A stretch of DNA of 64,000 bases. It comes from an uncultured Clostridia bacterium (GTDB lineage: Bacteria > Bacillota > Clostridia > Christensenellales > UBA1242). The stretch is from contig CAKVOP010000001.1 in assembly GCA_934793215.1 (NCBI GenBank), positions 239,447 to 303,446 on the forward strand. Direction: 5' to 3'. A program made the translations under genes and the position numbers. Positions within the stretch are counted from its first letter, which is position 1. Every line of letters begins with the position of its first letter. The notes below the pieces were generated by a model. That model worked only from the letters and a program-made list of their open reading frames with translations, searched no databases and had not been told where the DNA came from. This document shows positions 56,449-64,000 of this stretch, in pieces.

Positions 56449-57493
56449 CACTTTTTAAAACTTTTATAATTTCTTCACAAGCGTCATTTTTGACGCTTTT
56501 TTGCATGTTTTTTATAAAAATTTTGTCGTTTTTAACTAATTTATCTAAATTATCCATAAATCTTTGCTTGTTATATTCTTCTTCTTGCAAACAGATGGCG
56601 AACCCTTTTTCTTCAAATAAAAGAGCGTTTTCTATTTGGTCGCCACGTGAACAACTTTTAGAAAGAGGCACTAAAAGCATTGGTTTGCGAAGAGATAATA
56701 GTTCGTTTATAACACCCGAACCTGCTCTTGAAAGAACAACATCAGCCCACGCATAGGCGTCCCCAATATTAGAGCAGTAACTTACGGGACAATAATTTTG
56801 CGTGGCATTTGGAAGAGTATTGTTTTTACCAACTATGTGAAAAATATTAAAATTTCTGGTAAGGCTTTCTATATTTTCATTAACAAGTTTGTTTAAAAAC
56901 CCAGCACCTAAACTTCCGCCAATCACGAGAAGATTTTTCTTGCCAGAAATGAAGTATTCACTTTTGATATTGTTTTTATTTCCTCTTAAAACCTCTTGTC
57001 TAATAGGCTGGCCAGTGTAAATACATTTTGGACTAACTTGTGCAGTCTTTTCAAAAGTTACACACATTTTATCGCATTTTTTTAAAATAAGTTTGTTGGC
57101 AAGACCCATGCTTAAATCGGACTCGTGACTTACAACGGGTATTCCAAGTTTTTTGCTCGCAATAACAACAGGCAGTGCGACAAAACCACCTTTTGAGAAT
57201 ACAACACTTGGCTTGATTTCTTTTAATATCTTCTTTGCTCTTTTAATTGATGAAATTAACTTGAAAGGAATAAGTAGATTTTTTAGAGTCAATTTTCTTT
57301 GAAGTTTAACGGTGTCAATACAAAAGAACTTAATGTTTTTTTCATGAGTCACTATATCTTTCTCCATGCCATGAGAGCCGATATAGAAAAATTCGTATTT
57401 CCCTTGACCTTCTTTTTCAAGTTTTTCTTTTACTGCCAGTGTGGGATAGATATGTCCAGCAGTTCCACCCCCAGTTAAAACAATTTTTTTCAT
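56435..57493 (-). CDS. murG: UDP-GlcNAc:undecaprenyl-PP-MurNAc-pentapeptide GlcNAc transferase MurG
   Basis: 352 aa. GGGTAGHIYP N-terminus and a GT28 C-terminal domain (GGSLGA...). Confidence 0.9.
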   Translation of the reverse strand: MKKIVLTGGGTAGHIYPTLAVKEKLEKEGQGKYEFFYIGSHGMEKDIVTHEKNIKFFCIDTVKLQRKLTLKNLLIPFKLISSIKRAKKILKEIKPSVVFSKGGFVALPVVIASKKLGIPVVSHESDLSMGLANKLILKKCDKMCVTFEKTAQVSPKCIYTGQPIRQEVLRGNKNNIKSEYFISGKKNLLVIGGSLGAGFLNKLVNENIESLTRNFNIFHIVGKNNTLPNATQNYCPVSYCSNIGDAYAWADVVLSRAGSGVINELLSLRKPMLLVPLSKSCSRGDQIENALLFEEKGFAICLQEEEYNKQRFMDNLDKLVKNDKIFIKNMQKSVKNDACEEIIKVLKSVSLD

Positions 57494-57698
57494 ATAACCT
57501 CGCTAACATAGTTTACGCGAATGCATCAAAATTATGAGTTCTATATTTTTGTTTAAAATGAATAAAAATACACAAATATTTATAAATATGCGTGTTTTTA
57601 CTCTAAAGCAAAAAAATAAATTTTTCAAAAAAAAGATTTGTTAAAATTTAAAATTGTGCTATATTAAAAATAGGAAAATTATAGCATGCGAGGGGAAA

Positions 57699-59651
57699 AT
57701 GGCAGAAAAAAAGTATGACGCAAAAGATATAGTTGTTCTTGAGGGACTTGACGCAGTTAGACTTCGTCCGGGAATGTACATTGGAACAACGGGCTCAAAA
57801 GGTATGCATCATCTTTTGTGGGAAATAGTAGATAATGCTATTGATGAAATTTCAAATGGTTATGGTGATACTATAAAAATCACACTTAACAAAGATGGAT
57901 CTGCAACTGTAGAAGACAATGGTAGAGGTATACCAGTAGATATGCATCCAACTCTTCACAAGTCGGGCGTTGAAGTTGTTTACACGACTTTGCATGCGGG
58001 TGGAAAATTTAATAATGATAATTATAAGTTTTCTGGAGGTCTTCATGGTGTGGGTGCGTCAGTAACTAATGCTCTTTCGAAATGGTGTGATGTTACAGTA
58101 TATAAAAACGGAAAAGAATATTATGTAGGATTCCATTCTTTCATGGACGAAAATGGGAAGATGCACAGCGGAATAGCAAAAGCACCACTTAAACTCGTAG
58201 GGAAAACAACTAAAACAGGAACAAAAGTTACATTCTTGCCAGATAGTGACATGTTCGGTGCAATTAAGTTTAATTTTGAAACGATTTGCACGCGTGCAAG
58301 AGAACTAGCTTTTTTAAATAAGGGGCTTAAAATAGAACTTCATGACCTTGTCAATGGTGAGGACGAATTCTACCATTACGAAGGAGGGATTGCTGACTTT
58401 GTTAACTATATTGTAGAGGGCAAAAGCAAACTTTTCCCAAGACCAGTATACTTCTCGGCAGAGGATAAAAATTTTTATCTTGAAATAGCCTTTGTTTATA
58501 CTGATAGTTACACTGAAAGTGCATTCTCATTTGTAAACAATATTCCAACAATCGAGGGTGGGACTCATGAAACTGGCTTTAAATCGGCTTTTACCAAAGT
58601 AATGAATGAATACGCCCGTGCAAATAATTTTTTAAAAGAAAAGGACGCAAACTTTTTAGGTGAAGATTTTAGGGAAGGAATAAATGTTGTTTTAAATGTC
58701 AAAATGACAAATGTTCAATTTGAGGGACAAACAAAAACAAAACTTGGCAACCCAGAGGCTAAAACTATGGTTGAAGCCTTAACAATAAGAGAACTTGGTA
58801 AGTTTTTTGCGGACAAAAAGAATGCCACAATAGCCGAAGTTATTTTAGGCAAGGCAAAGGGTGCGGCCAAGACAAGAGAGGCTGCGAAGAAAGCAAAAGA
58901 GCTTACTCGTGCGAAAAACTCGGCGGAAAATTTCAACCTTGTAGGAAAACTTGCCTCGGCTTCAAGTAGAGACAAAGAAAAGTGTGAACTTTTCATCGTT
59001 GAGGGAGATTCTGCGGGTGGTTCAGCAAAGCAAGGGCGTGATAGACGTTTTCAAGCGATATTGCCACTTCGAGGTAAACCTCTTAACGCTGAAAAGAAAA
59101 GAATTGACCAAGTCCTTGCTAACGAGGAAATTAGAACTATAATTTCTGCACTAAATACAGGAATTGGCGAGGACTTTGACCTTTCAAGTTTAAGATATAA
59201 CAAGGTTATCATTCTTTCCGATGCCGACCAAGATGGTGCACATATTCGTGCTATACTTTTAACATTCTTTTTCAGGTATATGCGCGAACTTATAAATGAT
59301 GGACATGTTTATATTGGTATGCCTCCACTTTATAAGGTTCACAAAAAAGGATTTTTGGAGTATGTTTATTCGGATAACGAATTGCCGGGGGCAATTGAAA
59401 GAGCGGGGAAGGGATATGAACTTCAAAGATATAAAGGTCTTGGTGAAATGAACCCTGACCAACTTCGCGATACAACAATGGATCCAGAAAAGCGAGAAAT
59501 TATCAAAGTTACTATTGATGATGCCGCCGAAGCGGAAAAAATGGTTGTAACTCTTATGGGAGATGATATCGAAGCAAGAAAGGCATATATCGGTGAGCAC
59601 GCAAACTTTGACCGTGAAGATGACTTCTTAAAAAATTATAAAAAAATCTAA
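57699..59651 (+). CDS. parE: Type IIA topoisomerase B subunit, most likely topoisomerase IV ParE
   Basis: GHKL ATPase (EIVDNAIDE, GLHGVGAS) and Toprim (EGDSAGGSA, PLRGKPLN). Assignment to Topo IV rests on the partner subunit. GyrB is not excluded. Confidence 0.7.
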   Translation: MAEKKYDAKDIVVLEGLDAVRLRPGMYIGTTGSKGMHHLLWEIVDNAIDEISNGYGDTIKITLNKDGSATVEDNGRGIPVDMHPTLHKSGVEVVYTTLHAGGKFNNDNYKFSGGLHGVGASVTNALSKWCDVTVYKNGKEYYVGFHSFMDENGKMHSGIAKAPLKLVGKTTKTGTKVTFLPDSDMFGAIKFNFETICTRARELAFLNKGLKIELHDLVNGEDEFYHYEGGIADFVNYIVEGKSKLFPRPVYFSAEDKNFYLEIAFVYTDSYTESAFSFVNNIPTIEGGTHETGFKSAFTKVMNEYARANNFLKEKDANFLGEDFREGINVVLNVKMTNVQFEGQTKTKLGNPEAKTMVEALTIRELGKFFADKKNATIAEVILGKAKGAAKTREAAKKAKELTRAKNSAENFNLVGKLASASSRDKEKCELFIVEGDSAGGSAKQGRDRRFQAILPLRGKPLNAEKKRIDQVLANEEIRTIISALNTGIGEDFDLSSLRYNKVIILSDADQDGAHIRAILLTFFFRYMRELINDGHVYIGMPPLYKVHKKGFLEYVYSDNELPGAIERAGKGYELQRYKGLGEMNPDQLRDTTMDPEKREIIKVTIDDAAEAEKMVVTLMGDDIEARKAYIGEHANFDREDDFLKNYKKI

Positions 59652-59741
59652 TTTGCAATCCTTTAAATCCAATTTTTTAAACGGTGCGAAAATAATTGAG
59701 TGAAAGTATAAGATAAAAAGCAAGCAAAACAAGGAGAAACA

Positions 59742-62198
59742 ATGGCAAACGATTTTCAAGACGAAAAAAATATTGAAGAGGCAAATCCATTAAGTTATCA
59801 TGCTGACGAAAAGGGTGTAATCTACAAAACAATGAGTGAGGTGCTTCATGACTCAATGATCCCTTACACCGAATGCGTTGTTATGGATAGAGCACTTCCA
59901 AGGGTAGAAGACGGGCTTAAACCAGTTCAAAGAAGGATTCTTTTTTCTATGCTTGAAAATGGCTTTACACCTGATAAACCATATAGAAAAAGTGCAAACA
60001 TTGTAGGAGAGTGTCTTGGTGCATATCACCCTCATGGGGATAGTTCGGTCTACGATGCAATGTGCAGAATGGCTCAACCTTGGGTTTTAAGAGAACCACT
60101 TGTTGAAGGACAAGGAAACTTTGGGTCGGTTGATGGAGATAGCCCAGCGGCCTATCGTTATACAGAGGCAAGGCTTACCCCTCTCGCTCTTGAACTTATG
60201 CGTGATCTTGAAAAAGATACAGTGCGATGGAGTTTAACATTTGATGATAGACGCAAAGAACCAGATATGTTTCCAGGAAGATTTCCAAATTTACTAGTTA
60301 ACGGTGCATCTGGCATTGCGGTTGGTGTTGCAACAAATATTCCTCCTCATAACCTTGGTGAAACGATTGACGGTGTTGTGGCATATATAGACAATCCAAA
60401 AATCAAGATTGAAGAACTTATGAAAATAATAAAAGCCCCAGATTTTCCTACAGGTGGTGAAATTATTTCTGTTGATGGTGGACTTGAACAAGCGTATAGA
60501 ACAGGAAAGGGAAAGATTATCATTCGCAGTAAGGTTGGAATTGAAAAAGTCGGTGATAAAATTAGCCTCATTATCAGTGAAATACCTTACCAAGTAAACA
60601 AAGCCCAACTTCTTATGAAAATAGCCGAACTTAAAGAGCAAAACAAAGATAAACTTTCTTGTATAACCGAAATTCGAGATGAATCGGATATAAGCGGTAT
60701 GCGTGCAGTTATTAGGCTTAAAAAAGATGCAAATCCTAACAAAATTTTGGAATACTTATATAAATCAACAAATCTTCAGGTTTCTTACGGTATAAACATG
60801 GTTGCGATCGCAGGTGGAAAACCAAAGCTTATGAATTTGCTTGAAATTATTTCTTACTATGCCGAATATCAACGTGAAGTTATTGTAAGAAGAAGCAAAT
60901 ATGAACTTGATGAAGCAAAAGAACGAGCTCATATCTTGCAAGGACTTGTTATTGCGATTAAAAATATTGATGAAGTAATCAAAATCATCAAAAAATCTGC
61001 CTCTACAAGTGAAGCAAAATCTAGGTTGAGGGAGAGATTTAAACTTTCTGACCGTCAAGCACAAGCTATTCTAGATATGCGTCTTGCGAGACTTGTTCAT
61101 CTTGAGGTGGAAAAAATAGAAGAGGAACTCGCTGAACTTGAAAAATTAATTGCTCACCTCGAAAAAATTCTTGCTTCAAAGAAAGCACAATATGACCTCG
61201 TGAAGAAAGAAATTCTCGAAATTAAGAAATCTTATGCAACGAAGCGTCGTTCTGTTATTTGCAATGATGCAAAAGTTAAAGTAAGTGAAATAAAAGATGA
61301 AAAAGAGGAAGAAGTAAGCAAAAACTATGTTCTTTCTATCTCGGCAGGCGGAACGATTAAGAAAGTTACACCCAAAAATTACTCGATGAGTCAAAAAGAC
61401 ATAACAGACTCTACAACACTTACAGATTTACCAAAATGTATTGAAACATATTCATCGACTGACACTATTTTGATTTTGACAAATAAGGGAAACGCAGTTA
61501 AACGCAAAGTCGCAGACATTAAAGAGTGTAAATGGCGTGACAAGGGTTTGACACTAGACGACATGGAAAAACTAGTGTCTCTTAATGAAATGCCTGTTGC
61601 TTTTCTTAAAGTTCCAAACACCTCAAATGTGGTGTTTATGACAAAAAATGGTGTAGTCAAAATGTCGCCTGCAAGTGAATTAATGATGACAAAATCATTC
61701 TATCCGGTTTGCAAACTTGCTGACGATGATGAGGTTATCACAGTTCAACTTGAAGAGGTGGATAAATCAATCTTAATGATGACCAAGAAAGGTATGGCAC
61801 TCAATTTTGATAAAAAAGATGTCCCTGTTCAAGGGAGATTGTCTGGTGGTGTGCGAGGAATAAACCTTGATGAAAATGATAGTGTGATTTTCGCTAGCCA
61901 AGTAAACTTTGATGAAGTTTGTGTTGTCAGTGAAAACGGATACATTAAAAAATTAAGTACTTCACAATTCCCACTTTCACAAAGATACCGAAAAGGACTT
62001 AAATACATTACTTTTGCGAAGAATTGTCAAAATGTATTCTTTGTGTGTCCAGCAGACAAACAAACATCGGTGGCGGTCGACTTTGGATTAAAAATACTTC
62101 CGCTAGACACAAAAAAAGTGCCAACAGGGGAAAGACTTACAACGGGTAATGAAATTATAAAGAAAAACTTTTTCTCTATCGTTAAAATTATTTATTAA
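59742..62198 (+). CDS. parC: Type IIA topoisomerase A subunit, most likely topoisomerase IV ParC
   Basis: 818 aa. DGLKPVQRRIL (Gln as in ParC, GyrA usually has His), active-site AAYRYTEARL, GKGKIIIRSK and NMVAI as recalled for Gram-positive ParC. No GyrA-box (QRRGGKG) seen in the C-terminal domain. Confidence 0.7.
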   Translation: MANDFQDEKNIEEANPLSYHADEKGVIYKTMSEVLHDSMIPYTECVVMDRALPRVEDGLKPVQRRILFSMLENGFTPDKPYRKSANIVGECLGAYHPHGDSSVYDAMCRMAQPWVLREPLVEGQGNFGSVDGDSPAAYRYTEARLTPLALELMRDLEKDTVRWSLTFDDRRKEPDMFPGRFPNLLVNGASGIAVGVATNIPPHNLGETIDGVVAYIDNPKIKIEELMKIIKAPDFPTGGEIISVDGGLEQAYRTGKGKIIIRSKVGIEKVGDKISLIISEIPYQVNKAQLLMKIAELKEQNKDKLSCITEIRDESDISGMRAVIRLKKDANPNKILEYLYKSTNLQVSYGINMVAIAGGKPKLMNLLEIISYYAEYQREVIVRRSKYELDEAKERAHILQGLVIAIKNIDEVIKIIKKSASTSEAKSRLRERFKLSDRQAQAILDMRLARLVHLEVEKIEEELAELEKLIAHLEKILASKKAQYDLVKKEILEIKKSYATKRRSVICNDAKVKVSEIKDEKEEEVSKNYVLSISAGGTIKKVTPKNYSMSQKDITDSTTLTDLPKCIETYSSTDTILILTNKGNAVKRKVADIKECKWRDKGLTLDDMEKLVSLNEMPVAFLKVPNTSNVVFMTKNGVVKMSPASELMMTKSFYPVCKLADDDEVITVQLEEVDKSILMMTKKGMALNFDKKDVPVQGRLSGGVRGINLDENDSVIFASQVNFDEVCVVSENGYIKKLSTSQFPLSQRYRKGLKYITFAKNCQNVFFVCPADKQTSVAVDFGLKILPLDTKKVPTGERLTTGNEIIKKNFFSIVKIIY

Positions 62199-62259
62199 TA
62201 TTTCATTTCCCAGTTATTATTTGAATATCCTAGACAGTTTAAAGCAAATAGATAATCAA

Positions 62260-62308
62260 AAACACGACAGTAAAGATTTAATTAATCTTTTCTTGCCGTG
62301 TTTTTTTT
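62260..62308 (+). terminator. Rho-independent terminator after parC
   Basis: Long imperfect stem CACGACAGTAAAGA...TCTTTTCTTGCCGTG followed by T8. Confidence 0.7.
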
Positions 62309-62455
62309 GCGTTTTTGTCATTTTTTAGGACAAGGCTAGTATATTTAGAATTGTAAGAGAAATTCGACATTTTGACTTTTTTCTTGTCAAAATGAGACAT
62401 GTTTCTCGTTTGAGCAAAATTATTCATGATTTATCATTAAAAGCGAGGTTTGCAA

Positions 62456-63220
62456 ATGCCATTTTGCGTTATCAAATCAAGAACCATAAAAATTGTTTTA
62501 GCCATGTTTGCCGTTATGGTGGTGCTCGCACTTTCCTTTGAGGGTAGTGCGAGTGCTTCTGTGTGGTTTGGTTCTTCTAGCAGGCTTGTTCCTATTTATC
62601 GTGTTGACACAGAGGAAAAGCAAGTAGCAATTTCTTTTGATGCCGCTTGGGGAGCTGATAAGACTGAAGAAATAATCAGTATTTTAAAAGAATTCAACTG
62701 TACTGGGACATTCTTTCTTGTAGGGTTTTGGGTGGATAAATATCCAGAAATGGTCAAAGCAATTGATGATGCTGGACTTGAAATCGGCACTCATTCAAAT
62801 ACACACCCAGACATGGCAAAACTAGATAAGTCTACCATTGAAAAAGAACTTCTTGTCAGCATGAAAAAAATAACTGATATAACGGGTAAAGAAGTAAAAG
62901 TTTTTCGTCCACCTTTTGGGTCTTATAACAATGCTTTACTTTCCTCTTGTTCCGCTCTTGGACTAAAAGCTATTCAATGGGATGTGGATTCTCTTGATTG
63001 GAAAGGGCTGTCGGCAGGTGAAGTTACAAAAAGAGTGATGAAAGGTGCAAAAAATGGTTCAATCATTTTAATGCATAACAATGCTGACCATGTGACCGAG
63101 TCATTAAGGTTAACACTTGACTATCTAACAAATGGAGGATACAAGGTCACCAGTGTTGGCGAACTCGTTTATCAGCAAAACTATCGCATTGACGCAAATG
63201 GAGTGCAACACAAAAATTAA
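62456..63220 (+). CDS. Polysaccharide deacetylase (NodB homology domain), secreted
   Basis: Signal and TM segment, then VAISFDAAWG, GTHSNTHPDM, RPPFGSYN, LMHN. Confidence 0.85.
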   Translation: MPFCVIKSRTIKIVLAMFAVMVVLALSFEGSASASVWFGSSSRLVPIYRVDTEEKQVAISFDAAWGADKTEEIISILKEFNCTGTFFLVGFWVDKYPEMVKAIDDAGLEIGTHSNTHPDMAKLDKSTIEKELLVSMKKITDITGKEVKVFRPPFGSYNNALLSSCSALGLKAIQWDVDSLDWKGLSAGEVTKRVMKGAKNGSIILMHNNADHVTESLRLTLDYLTNGGYKVTSVGELVYQQNYRIDANGVQHKN

Positions 63221-63232
63221 AAGGAGAAAATT

Positions 63233-63898
63233 ATGAATAGTAATTTAGTTACAGCAATTCAAAACAACAAAGGAAAACTTATTGGAACGCTTGTCGGGGG
63301 CGTTACAAATACTTTTGAAGTTGAGGGGGAAACTTTCTTTGAAGGGAAAATTCAAGTTACCCGTCTTTCAATGGCTGCCGACATTTTGCCTTTTACCATA
63401 AGCGAAAAACTTGTAAAGGCGTATAATATTGATCTTGAGAAACAAACCGAGGTTGCCTTTGTGGGCGAACTTCGTTCTTATAATCGTGTAATCGATGGCA
63501 AAAGCAGACTTATTCTTTCATTCTTTGTTAAAGAAGTAAAGGAAGCGGAAGAAAATGACGAGGGGACAAATGATTTGACTCTTACTGGTTTTATTTGCAA
63601 AGAGCCAATTTTTAGAACGACACCATTTAATCGACAAATTTGCGATATACTTTTAGCCGTAAATAGACCTGCATTCAATAAAAGTGACTATATACCTTGT
63701 ATTTTGTGGGGAAGAAATGCCAAGTTTGTTCAAAGTTTAAAGGTTGGTACAAAAGTAACTATAAATGGTCGAATTCAATCTCGTAATTATAAAAAAGAGA
63801 CCCCAGATGGACAAATACTTGAAAAAACTGCATACGAAGTTTCTTGTCAAAAAATCATTATTGAAGAGAAAGTTGAGTCTAGTGAAAACTTTGGGTAA
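63233..63898 (+). CDS. SSB-like protein with two tandem OB folds
   Basis: 221 aa. The second half (LTLTGFICKEPIFRTT...ILLAVNR...DYIPCILWGRNAKFVQSLKVGTKVTINGRIQSRNY...KTAYEVSCQKI) fits the SSB OB-fold pattern. The first half repeats a looser version. No acidic C-terminal tip of the DDD(I/L)PF type. Confidence 0.55.
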   Translation: MNSNLVTAIQNNKGKLIGTLVGGVTNTFEVEGETFFEGKIQVTRLSMAADILPFTISEKLVKAYNIDLEKQTEVAFVGELRSYNRVIDGKSRLILSFFVKEVKEAEENDEGTNDLTLTGFICKEPIFRTTPFNRQICDILLAVNRPAFNKSDYIPCILWGRNAKFVQSLKVGTKVTINGRIQSRNYKKETPDGQILEKTAYEVSCQKIIIEEKVESSENFG

Positions 63899-63935
63899 TT
63901 AAGTTAATTTAATTCGTGATTATTGTATTATAACC

Positions 63936-63980
63936 AAAAGAAAGAAGTCAAATTGTCAGTCCTTGACTTCTTTCTTTTTT
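63936..63980 (+). terminator. Rho-independent terminator (near-copy of the 25425-25468 hairpin)
   Basis: AAAAGAAAGAAGTCAA-attgtcagtcc-TTGACTTCTTTCTTTT. The 27-nt core is 25/27 identical to 25432-25458. Confidence 0.75.
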
Positions 63981-64000
63981 GTCTCTACCCAGATTTTTCA

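Noticed and set aside
57699-62198. Alternative call of these two genes as gyrB and gyrA.
   Set aside because: Not fully excluded. However, the A subunit has KPVQRR, GKGKIIIR and NMVAI features that I associate with Gram-positive ParC. I find no GyrA-box in the C-terminal domain, and the locus is not near dnaA, dnaN or recF. A phylogenetic placement would settle it.

Overview
This is a 64-kb chromosomal window from an AT-rich, low-GC Gram-positive (Bacillota-like) genome that uses the standard code: TGA and TAA both end genes, and tRNA-Trp has anticodon CCA. All family calls come from motif recognition by eye. No database search was run. The flanks are ordinary housekeeping DNA. On the left (0-22.5 kb): ung, a Tyr T-box leader plus tyrS, recX, acpS, mazEF-like genes, tRNA-Trp, a DnaB/DnaD-like plus DnaI-like loader pair, an M1 peptidase, and a TetR plus ABC exporter. 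On the right (42.8-64 kb): rsmD, lepA-hemW, ylxM-ffh-rpsP-khpA-rimM-trmD-rbgA-yraN, an S8 peptidase, murG, parE-parC, a NodB deacetylase and an SSB-like protein. The middle (about 22.6-42.7 kb) is accessory and regulatory DNA. (1) A roughly 12-kb decaying island ends at the 3' end of tRNA-Lys(CUU). It holds a tandem array of three sigma-70-like paralogs (the middle copy truncated, with two in-frame TAA codons), a cluster of unknown minus-strand genes, a nonsense- and frameshift-disrupted P27-type small terminase, XRE regulators with a consensus promoter and GTTGTGAAT repeats, a frameshifted SLOG/DUF1273 gene, and a 968-aa repeat-rich lipoprotein. No integrase is present. (2) A regulator cluster follows: an Arc-like RHH protein, a Spo0A-C-like protein, LexA and a zinc-ribbon protein. 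(3) tRNA-Leu(UAA) has an unusual upstream leader complementary to its own D-arm region. (4) A late-activator-like HTH protein and an intact but orphan large terminase sit beside a 770-aa surface protein. I cannot name a defined new system with confidence. The best candidates for follow-up are the sigma-paralog island, the orphan terminase module near lexA, the translationally coupled GGGtGRT/NifU-like pair, and a 644-aa ORFan next to ung. No CRISPR array, rRNA, transposase or integrase was seen.
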